Under the pieces are notes generated by a model, which saw only the letters and a program-made list of their open reading frames with translations, ran no database searches and was not told the origin of the DNA. A stretch of DNA of 63,168 nt from Eledone cirrhosa (taxonomy: Eukaryota). This document shows, one piece after another, positions 17,488-32,598 of the stretch; position 1 is the stretch's first letter; every line of letters begins with the position of its first letter. The position numbers and the translations under genes are program-made. The stretch covers positions 1-63,168 of the forward strand of contig CAXHJY010000714.1 in assembly GCA_964016885.1 (NCBI GenBank), given 5' to 3'.

Positions 17488-18824
17488 CTCTGTGCTAATA
17501 ATGATTATGAAATAGCACAAACCTTTTTCATATGCTCATGACGTGTGGGAGTCTTTGTGTATTAATTCTACCGTCTCTAGTACTTACCGCTAGGCCACTG
17601 AGACAGCTATGAAAATCTTATGAGAATTTATACTTATAAACTTACTTTCAAAATGTTCAATACAAAATGATGTGGTGTCATTCATGTATTTCTTACATGG
17701 CTTTAATCACCGGCTGAGATGTATAGTGCTTCCGTCTCCTATTTTAGATCATTTCGAGAGAGAGCCAATCTCAAGAACATTCAGACGTTTGTCGTTCCAA
17801 GGAGCTAGGCAATGCCAGTCCAACTACTGGTTCTCTTAGTCTGCATATTTTCCTTATTTGGGCCCGTTACTACCGAGGCTTATTGTAGACGTCTTTCGTT
17901 ACTATTTTTCAAATATATTCTGAAATACATATGTCCAATTTATCCATCTGTACATTTTATGTATAGCCGATTTACACTTGTTTTGTTTTGTTTTATTTTC
18001 ATGTAAAACCTTATAAACTGGGTACTATTAACAAGATTCCCAAGCCAAATCAACATTGTTTTATAGCAAATAATTTGAAAGTTTCGCTGCTGAATTTAAA
18101 AATAGATTTGCTATGATTTTTCTTATACATATATCTTCGTAAGATAGACTCGAATAATGTATCTCGACAACTACATCAAAATAAAACAAATATCAGATGT
18201 AGTTAAGCTTGCAGGTCAGCACTGTATCAGAAGAGATAAATTTGAACTTGAAAAAAAAGCAGCTTTTCTAATTTTCTTTAGCAAATACATATCAGTAATG
18301 TTTCGTTTTTAGTTTCCACTCTTGACCGAAGGTTAACAGAGTTTTCATGTTTTGTTGCATACAAGGTATGTTCCTGGCTGTGGTAAGACTTTAAGTTTGA
18401 TATGTGTTAAAACAAAAGTACATATTTTTAATTGGAAAACTCTACGAATCTATCATTGTTTCGACAGTCAAATTACTAAGCAGACACAGAACTTTCGCTT
18501 AATCATTATCCTGTCTTTCATTTCATATAGTAAAATTGCATTCATTTATTATGAAAGACTGAAAATGGCTGTTCCAATTTGCAGGAAATATGTCGAAACG
18601 GTAATGTTGATGATCATGATGATGATCATGATGATGATAATCTCTCTGCCAAATATGATTTACGTTTGAGGATATACAAAGAACAAATGTTCTACACGAA
18701 TGATCAACTTGTATATTGTAATGTTGTTATGTTCATGGCCTTCTTAATGGGGTTATTAGCAGAACATTAGAAATATATATTTAACCACATATAAAAATGA
18801 GATAAAATATTACTTCTACGAGAA

Positions 18825-19031
18825 ATGGCACACAGTGTCAGCTGAAAAGTGTAATTGCTGACCAAGAGACTATCATGGAATGACGAAATGAGGTTTATAT
18901 TTCAACAGAGTCCATGGAAAGAAACAAAGCAGTTATTAATAAGAAGAGTTGAAATTAATACATTCAATATATCACAGCTCTAGCATCAATCCTTCATAGT
19001 CAGCCTATAAACCTTTTAGTCGACCCTCGTA
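18825..19031 (-). mobile_element. Probable Tc1/mariner-type DNA transposon end
   Basis: Minus strand begins TACGAGGGTCGACTAAAAGGTTTATAGGCTGACTATGAA, a mariner-like TA-CGAGG terminus; a related end lies at 36059-36125. Confidence 0.5.
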
Positions 19032-19208
19032 TGTATGTATGTGTTTTGATCCTAACCTACGTCCATACAAAATTTTCAGATTTAAAGTGTTCATGCATAT
19101 GTTTAAACCATACAACATATATTTTATTCAGCTATGTTATAAAACCCAACTTAATATTTTGCAAGCTGGTTATTCTTCTGAATTTCTCAAAATATTTTAT
19201 TACATCTA

Positions 19209-19325
19209 ATAATTGTTTCTACTTTTGGCACAAGGCCAGCAATTATCAGTGTATTACTGGTACTTTATTTTATCGACCCTATAAGACTGAAAGGCAAAGA
19301 TAACCTCGGCGGGATTTGAACTCAG
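19209..19325 (-). mobile_element. SINE family A, partial
   Basis: Tail, core and B box on the minus strand. Confidence 0.8.
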
Positions 19326-19479
19326 GTTTTTTCCTCTGGAATGGCGGTTTTATTTTGGTGTCCTTTATCTATGGCAACGTGATATCAATATGCAGTTAGG
19401 CATGCCCATTTTTAAATCGTCAACCGGATATTCGCAACATGCTGGTATATATGATTGAACAGAAAGCTCCACATGCTCG

Positions 19480-19506
19480 CAGACAGACAGACAGACAGAC
19501 ACACAT

Positions 19507-19597
<91 letters not shown>

Positions 19598-19600
19598 CGT
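19480..19600. repeat. (AGAC)n plus (GCAC)n tetranucleotide microsatellite
   Basis: Direct inspection. Confidence 0.95.
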
Positions 19601-19605
19601 ACGTA

Positions 19606-19793
19606 CGTAAGGATGAAAGGCAAAGTTAACCTCGGTGGGATTTGCACTCAGATCCCACCAAGGTTAACTTTGGACGGCTGCTTTGCCGCAAAGAGGTTAA
19701 CTTAGCCTTTCATCCTTACGGGGTCGATAAAATAAAGTACCAGTAATGCACCTGATTAATTGCTGGCCTTATACGAAAAGTAGAAACAATTAT
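19606..19793. mobile_element. Rearranged SINE family A: inverted fragment fused to a forward 3' half
   Basis: CGTAAGGATGAAAGGCAAAGTTAACCTC ... GAGGTTAACTTAGCCTTTCATCCTTACG inverted pair, followed by the normal tail. Confidence 0.75.
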
Positions 19794-20676
19794 TTATATG
19801 TGTATAAATGTGCACATATAAATAATAGCTGTTTATGAAGAATCAAATTCTCTCTTTAAAATGTCTTACAACATGGAGAGGCATTTCCCTCCACATTCTC
19901 TGTTGATCTCCTTCCTATATCAATTCAACCCACACGTGTCCCTATCAATAGGATATCTGATATATGAGGAAATTTGCTTCAATGACAATATATTAATATA
20001 TCAAAACCCTCTATCATATCATATCTGTGTATCTCCAATTCTTCCAACTTCCATCATCTAATCCCATAACAATTCGTGCGAAGCATCACCGATATTTTTA
20101 ACATGAATATATACTGCAATAAAATGTTTACCATTCTCTCTCCGATATCTCTCTCGGTATTTTCTTTTTTTTGACACATTCTCTGTAATAATAAATAAAT
20201 TGTCCTTTTTTTCCCCTCTTTCTTCTGACAAACAATTTTTAAAACATCTGCTGTTTGTATTTCTGCAGCAGAAAAATATCCTTTGAGATTCTTCGCCACA
20301 TAAGCTTGAACATTTATAGGATTGTTTCTTCAGCGCCATAACGTCATACCAATTTTCACAAGACATCTGGTCCACACTTTTGAATATGTATATATTATTT
20401 TGTGAGACTCGACAGGAAGAAAGAAAGGGATGGTTATTACGAAGCATTTATCAAGGGAATATTTAATCTATTCTAAAAACATTATAGCCAACAAGATTTT
20501 TTTTAGCAACAAAAATATGAAATATGTCGTCTTCATATTTTTTTCTCTGTAGATTAAAAACAAATTCTTGTTGGATTACGTCAAATAAATATTTCTTTCT
20601 AACACGTAACAAATATATCTAGATAATAATGCCAATTTGTGTAAAATGTGGAATATAATAGATTATGATACAATGC

Positions 20677-20723
<47 letters not shown>

Positions 20724-20796
20724 ATAGAGAATTTACACTGTACTATCTCAAGTATCGAGTTCTCTGCTGAACAGTGGTCTTACTAGTTCATTCCTG

Positions 20797-20849
<53 letters not shown>

Positions 20850-20911
20850 GTGCACCTATGTGAGTGTATGTATGTATATACATGTAAGATCACATTTTAT
20901 ATATATATATA

Positions 20912-21077
20912 GTGACGAAACATAAGTCAATTACATGAACTCATAATCCTTTATTTACTGCTATATATATTTCGATGATAGCCATTGAATGGCTATGACC
21001 TCATCAGGCAGTTAGTCAGTTCTTAGATATGCCAGCTCTGTGTTTATAGTGTTGATGGTATCAGAGCCTTGGGACAT
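20912..21077 (-). mobile_element. ~166-bp non-coding hammerhead-bearing element, copy 1
   Basis: Reverse complement of 36479-36644 with about 4 substitutions; flanked by (TA)n and (TATG)n. Confidence 0.85.
20957..21012 (-). ncRNA. Minimal type I hammerhead ribozyme
   Basis: Minus strand: ACTGC-CTGATGA-GGTCATAGCCATTCAATGGCTATCATC-GAAA-T ATAT A-TA-GCAGT. Confidence 0.85.
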
Positions 21078-21654
21078 GTATGTATGTATGTATGTATGTA
21101 TGTATGTATGTATGTATGTATGTATGTGTGTGTGTCTCTGCCTGTATGTGTTGATGAGCCTGCGTGTGTGAGTATTCAACATCTTTTCTATACCAGCATC
21201 TTCTTTATGAAATCCTGACATGTAAAAGACAAATACAGTCCTGTGTAATTTCAGCCCAGAAGACAGAGCAGAACACATTCCCAAACGTATTTACCTAGTA
21301 TTTTTCTGTTTCCTAGAAGCAAGAAAAAAAACCCCCAACTAAAAACCAAAACAATATAAAATAAATAAATAAGGATGGGAAAATATCGGAAAAAAATCTC
21401 GCTAATCAGTTTAAGCAGACATAATAAGGTTTGCCAACGTAGGCACAACACCTATGATTTATTGAGAAACGACAACGAGGTTTTGTCGTTTTTCATCCCG
21501 TCACATGAGTGTTAATCACGTAAGTGGGAGAGATTATATGTGTCAATCAATCCTTGAATAGGGGATTCTAGTCGCCGAATTCGTAACGTTGTACTTAATG
21601 CACCTGAACGTTTTCTAATCGTTAAAAGTCAATCTCTGCCATCTTGCAACATTG

Positions 21655-21852
21655 GAACTGCTGCTGCTGCTCATGCTACTACTACTATTACTACTACTAC
21701 TACTACTACTACTACTATTATTACAACTACTATTACTGCTACTACTACTACTGCTACTACTACTACAACTGTTATGGTTGCTGCTGCTGCTACTACTGTT
21801 ATGGTTACTGTTGCTGCTACTACTAATACTAATACTGTTATGGTTACTGCTG

Positions 21853-21913
<61 letters not shown>

Positions 21914-21995
21914 GGTTAGAGCTGCTCCTACTACTACTACAGCTGTTATGGTTGCTGCTGCTGCCACTACTACGACTACTATTACTACTACAACA
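21655..21995. repeat. (CTA/CTG)n trinucleotide repeat
   Basis: Direct inspection. Confidence 0.95.
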
Positions 21996-22018
21996 GCTTC
22001 TGATACCATTACTAGTAG

Positions 22019-22201
22019 TTGGCAGTATCGGTAGAAGGTCGGATGCCATGCTTTGGAGCATAGGGTTACGGCCCGTTATGATCTGAGTTCAAAACCCGCC
22101 GAGGTTAACTTTGCCTTTCATCCTTACGGGGTCGATAAAATAAAGTACCAGTAATGTACTGGGTAATTGCTGGCCTTGTGCCAAAAGTAGAAACAATTAT
22201 T
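22019..22201 (+). mobile_element. SINE family A
   Basis: A box, B box, core and tail all present. Confidence 0.9.
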
Positions 22202-22802
22202 ACTACCGCTACCACTATTCCTCCAACAACGACTAATAATAATATAGTAGGTATAAAACTATGGCGAAAAAACGCTAACATTGGGTAGAATGAAATATTC
22301 TTTCCAGCTATCTACGAACGGAATTCTAATCCCATTGAGATCAGCTTTATCTCTCATGCTCCCGCGATTGATTGATAAAATACCAGTCTTTCTGTCCTTT
22401 TCATTCTCTTCCTTCCATCTCTCTCTCTCCGTCTTTCTCTATCTCTCTCTCTCTATCTCTCTCTCTCTCTCCCTCTCTCTGTATTATCCTTCTAACTTTC
22501 TGTGTTTTTCTTCATCTCTGCCTCTTCTTTTCCTTGCCTTTCTCTTTTTCTCTCATTAGAAAATTGGTTTTGCTCAAACCTGGTGAAATATGGGCTCCAG
22601 CATGTTTCAAAAATGCCCAGGACACACTGTAACTCCTAACGTTTTTCCACAATCCTTTCTACAATGCCATCAGATATTGAGAGCTCATGGTGCCTCGACA
22701 ACTTCTTGAGGAGTTGAAGATTTCAGGGAAGGAAAAAGGAAGAATATCTAGCGCTTTATTATTCACAATGTCTTTTCTCTTGTAAGACAACAGTGGGTCG
22801 CA

Positions 22803-23120
22803 GTTTGAGGGAGTCTTCATTGCAATTTCTAAAAGATCTAACCACCACACGTAATCTTCCTTGCTGATCCGTCTATAAAACTGTGGATCATATTTGTAGA
22901 AGAGGTTAATCTGATAGGCTGGTGTTCATGCCTCTGAAACCAATGATTCACTGTACCTTTTCTAAGACAATCTTCAGGCATGGTTTGAGGGAGTTTTCAT
23001 TGCAATTTCTAGCAGATATAACTACTACATATATTCTTCTTTGCCGATCCGTCTATAAAACCGTTGATCATATTTGTAGAAGAGGTCAATTTAACAGCCT
23101 GGTGTTCATGTCCCCGTAAC
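22803..23120. repeat. Diverged tandem duplication with a 180-bp period
   Basis: GTTTGAGGGAGT.TTCATTGCAATTTCTA...GATCCGTCTATAAAAC...GATCATATTTGTAGAAGAGGT...GGTGTTCATG at 22803 and 22983. Confidence 0.8.
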
Positions 23121-23350
23121 AAATCAATATATTTTACAACCAACTGCACATTTATATCCAGCATAATATCTGGATTGCATAGAGAGAATTTTGTTAAGCA
23201 GTTCCTTCTACTTTGTATATTACTAACAATTTTATTTGTGCTTGCTTCCATCATTCATTCAATTACGTAAAGGTTTCTAAAATCTATATATTTTCTATAA
23301 ATTACTTTACGTTCAAAATATACAATATTTCGGCAAAATCGAATAGGGGG

Positions 23351-24187
<837 letters not shown>

Positions 24188-24650
24188 TACAATATTAAAT
24201 AAATGGAAAACTATATTTATAAAAAACCATATCTATTTCATTATATATATTTCGGGGATATCATATTAACAATATGCTATGCCTTCATCAGACAAAATAC
24301 AATATAAACAGTTTTATAGATAAATATATTCGACGTACCGTAATAAACATCAACTTCATTTGGAGAGGTTTACGCTAGCAGTAAACCTCTGCAAATGAAG
24401 TTGATGTTTATTACGGTATGTCGAATATATTTATCTATAAAACTGTTTATATTGTATTTTGTCTGATGAAGGCATAGCATATTGTTAATATGATATCCCC
24501 GAAATATATATAATGAAATAGATATGGTTTTTTATAAATATAGTTTTCCATTTATTTAATATTGTAAATATACTCCAAATATTTGTCGAGTGCTTTTATA
24601 TCAGTTATAAATATTTACTAGTTGTAACCCAACAATTTTAAATATAACTT
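24188..24650. mobile_element. Fold-back element (palindrome 24188-24566) with a hammerhead motif on each strand and a unique 3' extension
   Basis: ~185-bp near-perfect inverted arms around the loop GCTAGCA (24374-24380); embedded in microsatellite. Confidence 0.85.
24455..24520 (+). ncRNA. Minimal type I hammerhead ribozyme motif (mirror copy at 24234-24299, minus strand)
   Basis: TATTTTGT-CTGATGA-AGGCATAGCATATTGTTAATATGATATCCCC-GAAA-T ATAT A-TA-ATGAAATA; the first stem II pair is an A:C mismatch. Confidence 0.7.
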
Positions 24651-24654
24651 TACA

Positions 24655-24659
24655 TGTAT

Positions 24660-24693
<34 letters not shown>

Positions 24694-24700
24694 ATGTATG

Positions 24701-24733
<33 letters not shown>

Positions 24734-24748
24734 GTATGTATATATATG

Positions 24749-24807
<59 letters not shown>

Positions 24808-25056
24808 GTATGTATATATATGTATATATATATGTATATATATGTATATATATATATATGTGTGTATATATATATGTATGTGTGTATAGATATGTATGTA
24901 TGTGTGTATAGATATGTGTGTGTATGTGTGTATATATATATATATATATATGTGTGTATATATATGTATGTATGTGTGTATAGATATGTATGTATGTGTG
25001 TATAGATATGTGTGTGTATGTGTGTATAGATATGTGTGTGTATATATGTATATATA

Positions 25057-25101
<45 letters not shown>

Positions 25102-25386
25102 ATATATATGTATGTATGTGTGTATAGATATGTGTATGTGTGTATATATATGTATGTATGTGTGTATAGATATGTGTGTGTGTGTATATATATATGTATG
25201 TGTGTATAGATATGTGTGTGTATGTATATATATATGTATGTATGTGTGTATAGATATGTGTGTGTATGTATATATATATGTATGTATGTATATGTATATA
25301 TATGTATGTATGTATGTATATATATATAAAAGGGCAAAGGAGCTCTGTATATATGTATGTATGTATGTATATATATATATATATAT
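24655..25386. repeat. (TA)/(TATG)/(TG) compound microsatellite
   Basis: Direct inspection. Confidence 0.95.
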
Positions 25387-25843
25387 AAAAGGGCAAAGGA
25401 GCTCTTAAGAGTCAATGGCCATCCAAAATCACCGGGAGAGATGACCCCTTAGCCTTTGTCAAGGCAGAATTCTAGGAGAAGGAAAACTCTGATATAACAC
25501 CTGCAACCCTGATGGTATCCAATGATGTTGACTTGTTCTTCTTTTTGGTGAATATCATCTTGGTTAAGAGAGTGGGACTGGCTTTGTGCAGTGCCTTTGC
25601 TTACTATAAAAGCTTCACGGCACATGCATTGCTTTATATCTGGAGATATCTCTGCACTTGTCGTGACATGGTATCATGGGCCCAGTACTATGTGTCAATA
25701 ATTGTCACAAGTGTAGTGTTTGTACCAGAGTTTTCAAGTCGCTGGCTGGACTAAAAAGTCACACTCGTTCAGCGCATCAGTAGGGGTTCTCCTACATGGA
25801 TATAAAGTAGTGGCCGTACTCGAAAACGAGTTGGCAGCCACCA
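25387..25843 (+). mobile_element. Non-autonomous RTE-derived bipartite element, copy a
   Basis: Shared with 32028-32598 and 35622-36025; TAGGAGAAGGAAAACTCTGA (RTE 5'-UTR-like) plus a 3' C2H2-finger remnant; ends GGCAGCCACCA followed by microsatellite. Confidence 0.75.
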
Positions 25844-27237
<1,394 letters not shown>

Positions 27238-27398
27238 TTGTTATACTTTGGGAGGGTCATGTTGCCAATAAGAAACACACGCACCAGTTGTTTCACTTCA
27301 ATTTATTATAGATTTATAAATTTATAAATTTACAAACTACAAACCTATAAATTTCTGGTTGGTTGGTTGGTTCCACAACCAGATAGTTGTTTATATAT

Positions 27399-27443
27399 AG
27401 TCATAGTCCTTTCGTCACACACTCTGTGACCTCTTCAGTGACT
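27399..27443 (-). ncRNA. Minimal hammerhead ribozyme in the PLE 3' UTR
   Basis: Minus strand: AGTCA-CTGAAGA-g-GTCACA gagtg TGTGAC-GAAA-GGAC-TA-TGACT; perfect stems I and II, one extra nucleotide after A9. Confidence 0.75.
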
Positions 27444-27673
27444 GGGGATTCCTTTCTTTGTTTCTGTGCCTTTCCTTTCTTCTATCCTACGCCATTTTGT
27501 TTCTGTGTTTGTGTTGTGTGCTCAGTTTGCGCATGCGCCACATCCGGGTGTCTGTGTGTGTTTGTGTTCATTTATCTATTTGTTTATTTATTTATTTATT
27601 TATTGTTGGTTGGTTGTTTGTTCTATGTGTGTGTGTGTTTTCATTTTGTCCTGTGTGTGTTTTCATTTTGTCC

Positions 27674-28115
27674 TTAATTGTAAGTTGTGATGTTGCTGTT
27701 CCACTCATATTTTCTATTTAATTTTGGTTGTAATTCTTTTATACTTACTGCCTCTGTAATTTGCCTAAACATTGCATCTTTTCTGTGTGTGGATTCTATT
27801 TTTATTTCTATGTTCTCTAATCTACCCCTGTGTTCTATCTTAGCATGTTGGTAGAGCACAGATGATTCTTTATTATCTTGAAGGTCTCGCCAGTGTTCAT
27901 TTATTCGTTCCCCTATACTACGAGCTGTCTCATCTATGTACACTATATTTTTGTTTCTACATTGTCCTTCAGTACATCTTATGCTATACACTACATTTCT
28001 AGTTTTACAGTTAATATGGGGGCTTATTTTACAGGTTATACATTTCTTATCTATACATGAGGGTCTTTGGAACGGGTATGTCTTGCTAATAAGTGTTTTT
28101 ACGGAGGTACCTGGT
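27674..28115 (-). pseudogene. PLE zinc-linker plus GIY-YIG endonuclease fragment
   Basis: CIDKKCITC...[12 protein letters not shown]...[16 protein letters not shown]...LYQH...RQITEAVSIKELQPKLNRKYEW; YIG is mutated to YID. Confidence 0.85.
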
Positions 28116-28142
28116 ACCAGGTACCTCCGTAAAAACACTTAT

Positions 28143-28587
28143 ATGTATATATATATGTATCTATATGTATATATGTATATATATATGTATATATATATGT
28201 ATACATATATATATATGTATATATATATGTATATATATATGTATATGTATATATATATGTATCTATATGTATATATATATGTATCTATATATATATGTAT
28301 ATATATATGTATCTATATATATATGTATATATTTATATGTTTATATATATGTATATATATGTATATATATATGTATATATATTTATATATATATGTATAT
28401 ATATGTATATATATGTATATATATGTATATATATTTATATATATATGTATATATATGTATATATATGTATATATATGTATATATATATGTATCTATATAT
28501 ATATGTATGTGTATATATGTGTATATATGTATATATGTGTATATATGTGTATATATGTATATATATGTATATATATGTGTATATATG

Positions 28588-28620
<33 letters not shown>

Positions 28621-30080
28621 GTATATATATGTATGTATATATATGTATATATATGTATATATATGTATATATATGTATATATATGTATGTATATGTATGT
28701 ATATGTATATATATGTATGTATATGTATATATATGTATGTATATATATGTATATATATGTATGTATATGTATGTATATGTATGTATGTGTATGTATGTAT
28801 ATGTATGTATATGTATGTATGTATATGTATGTATATGTATGTATATATATATGTATATATATGTATGTATATATATGTATATATATTTATATATGTATAT
28901 ATATTTATATATGTATGTATATATATGTATATATATTTATATATGTATATATATTTATATATGTATATATATTTATATATGTATATATATTTATATATGT
29001 ATATATATTTATATATGTATATATATTTATATATGTATATATATTTATATATGTATATATATTTATATATGTATATATATTTATATATGTATATATATTT
29101 ATATATGTATGTATATATATGTATATATATTTATATATGTATGTATATATATGTATATATATTTATATATGTATGTATATATATGTATATATATTTATAT
29201 ATGTATGTATATATATGTATATATATTTATATATGTATGTATATATATGTATATATATTTATATATGTATGTATATATATGTATGTATGTATATATATGT
29301 ATATATATTTATATATGTATATATATTTATATATGTATATATATTTATATATGTATATATATTTATATATGTATATATATTTATATATGTATATATATTT
29401 ATATATGTATATATATTTATATATGTACATATATTTATATATGTATATATATTTATATATATTTATATATTTATATATATTTATATATGTATATATATTT
29501 ATATATGTATATATATTTATATATGTATATATATGTATATATATTTATATATGTATATATATTTATATATGTATATATGTGTATATATGTGTATATATGT
29601 ATATATGTATATATGTGTATATATGTATATATATATGTATATATATGTATATATATATGTATATATATATGTATGTATATATATGTATATATGTATGTGT
29701 ATATATGTATATATGTATGTGTATATATGTATATATATGTATATATATGTATATATGTATATGTATATATATGTATATATGTATATATATGTATATATAT
29801 ATGTGTATATATGTATATATATGTATATATGTGTATATATGTATAATTATATATGTATATATGTATATATATATATATATGTGTGTATATATATATATAT
29901 GTGTATATATGTATATATGTATGTATATGTATATATATGTGTATATATGTATATATATGTGTATATATGTATATATGTATGTATATGTATATATATGTGT
30001 ATATATGTATATATGTATGTATATGTATATATATCTGTATATATGTATATATATATATATATATATAATATATATGTGTA

Positions 30081-30114
<34 letters not shown>

Positions 30115-30228
30115 TATATATGTATATATACACATATATATATATATATATATACATATATACACATATATATATACATATATATATACATATATATATA
30201 TATATACATATATACACATATATATACA

Positions 30229-30265
<37 letters not shown>

Positions 30266-30294
30266 ATATATGTATATATATATATATGTGTGTG

Positions 30295-30325
<31 letters not shown>

Positions 30326-30332
30326 GTGTGTG

Positions 30333-30365
<33 letters not shown>

Positions 30366-30372
30366 GTGTGTG

Positions 30373-30405
<33 letters not shown>

Positions 30406-30412
30406 GTGTGTG

Positions 30413-30443
<31 letters not shown>

Positions 30444-30464
30444 GTGTGTATATATATATATATG

Positions 30465-30511
<47 letters not shown>

Positions 30512-30689
30512 GTGTGTATATATATATATATATGTGTGTATATATATATAAATATGTGTGTATATATATATATATATATGTGTATATATATATATATATG
30601 TGTTTATATATATATATATATGTGTGTATATATATATATATATGTTTATATATATATATATATATATGTTTATATATATATATATATAT

Positions 30690-30729
<40 letters not shown>

Positions 30730-31091
30730 ATATATATATATATATATGTTTAAATATATATATATGTGTGTACATATATATATATATGTGTACATATACA
30801 TATATATGTGTATATATATATATATGTGTATATATATATATATGTGTATATATATATATATGTGTATATATATATATATGTGTATATATATATATATATA
30901 TGTGTATATATATATATATATGTGTATATATATATATGTGTATATATATATATATATATATGTGTATATATATATATATATGTGTATATATATATATATA
31001 TGTGTGTATATATATATATATATGTGTGTATATATATATATATATGTGTGTATATATATATATATATGTGTGTATATATATATATATATAT
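28143..31091. repeat. (TA)n/(TATG)n microsatellite
   Basis: Direct inspection. Confidence 0.97.
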
Positions 31092-31717
31092 TCTCACTAC
31101 AGACACATTATCCTGAACTCTATATATTTATAAAACCTTTTTAATTTTATTTATTCATGTTTGTTTTATGTTGTTATTGTTTGTTCATTGAATTATACAA
31201 AATCCTTTAAAATGAACGCTTATGTAAACTTCCCTTAACAATGTTGAAACTATTATGGTGCGATGGTAAACAAACAAAAAACTATAAATAATCATAGAAA
31301 CGTGGGAAGCATATCTCGCACCTGCTTATACAATCCCTTGATAATATATATCGCAAATAATGGAGAAACATAAAAAAAAATAGTTTAACGTGGAATATAT
31401 GATAGATATAAATAGGACGAATATTATATCAGAACAGATCTAAGGATGGTGGCAGAATGAACGAAAGAAAATGCCTTGCGGCGTTAATGTACGGTCCCTT
31501 ACGTACTGAGTCCAATGTTAATATCGTTAGAAACTATGGGCTAATCTTAGAATTACAAAATTCTTAGGAAGGCAATATAGTGGAAAAAGAAACTGTTACG
31601 TGCTATAGAAAATATATTGATGTTTAGTAATATTTGAAGAGTTGAATTTCATGTTCAAATCACAGGCAAGTTGATATTGTCGGGTTTCTCTCAAGGTTAA
31701 GAAATTAAAAATAGTAA

Positions 31718-32022
31718 TGCACACACACACACACACGCACACACGCACACACGCACACGCACACGCACACACACGCGTGCGCGCACATACATACATACAT
31801 ACACACACACATATACATACACACACACATACATACACTCACATATACATACATACATACATACATACATACATACTCACATATACATACATACATACAT
31901 ACACTCACATATACATACATACATACATACATACATACATACACTCACATATACATACATACATACAGTCACATATACATACATACATACACTCACATAT
32001 ACATATAAATATGTATGTATGT
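31718..32022. repeat. (CA)n/(CATA)n microsatellite
   Basis: Direct inspection. Confidence 0.9.
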
Positions 32023-32027
32023 TTTTA

Positions 32028-32598
32028 GTTCTGCAGGATTTCCAAAGTCACCCTCCTTTGTTGCCAGTTTAGTCGCCAACGACCCGACCATGAGATAGGT
32101 TGTACTGGGATACATGTTACCAGTATCACCAACTGGTGACATGTCAAAGGGCAAAGGAGCTGTTAAGAGTCAATGGCCATCCAAAATCACCGGGAGAGAT
32201 GACCCCTTAGCCTTTGTCAAGGCAGAATTCTAGGAGAAGGAAAACTCTGATATAACACCGCAACCCTGATGGTATCCAATGATGTTGACTTGTTCTTCTT
32301 TTTGGTAAATATCATCTTGGTTAAGAGAGTGGGACTGGCTTTGTGCATTGCTTCTGCTCACTATAAAAGCTTCACGGCACATGCATTGCTTTATATCTGG
32401 AGATCTCTCTGCACTTGTCGTCACATGGTACCATGGGCCCAGTACTGTGTCAATAATTGTCACAAGTGTAGTGTTTGTACCAGAGTTTTCAAGTCACTGG
32501 CTGGACTAAAAAGTCACACTTGTTCAGCGCATCGGTAGGGGTTTTCCTACATGGATACAAAGTAGTGGCCGTACTCGAAAACGAGTTGGCAGCCACCA
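32028..32598 (+). mobile_element. Non-autonomous RTE-derived bipartite element, copy b (longest)
   Basis: 32461-32538 encodes [25 protein letters not shown]; (TATG)n tail. Confidence 0.75.

Larger units (their letters stand above)
27238..28142 (-). mobile_element. 5'-truncated Penelope-like element with C-terminal GIY-YIG endonuclease, 3' UTR and a 5' fold-back
   Basis: ORF 27674-28138(-); terminus ATGACCCTCCCAAAGTATAACAA shared with the other PLE copies; inserted in (TA)n. Confidence 0.85.

Noticed and set aside
21615-22086. Poly-Ser/Leu/Thr ORFs
   Set aside because: (CTA)n microsatellite adjoining a SINE.
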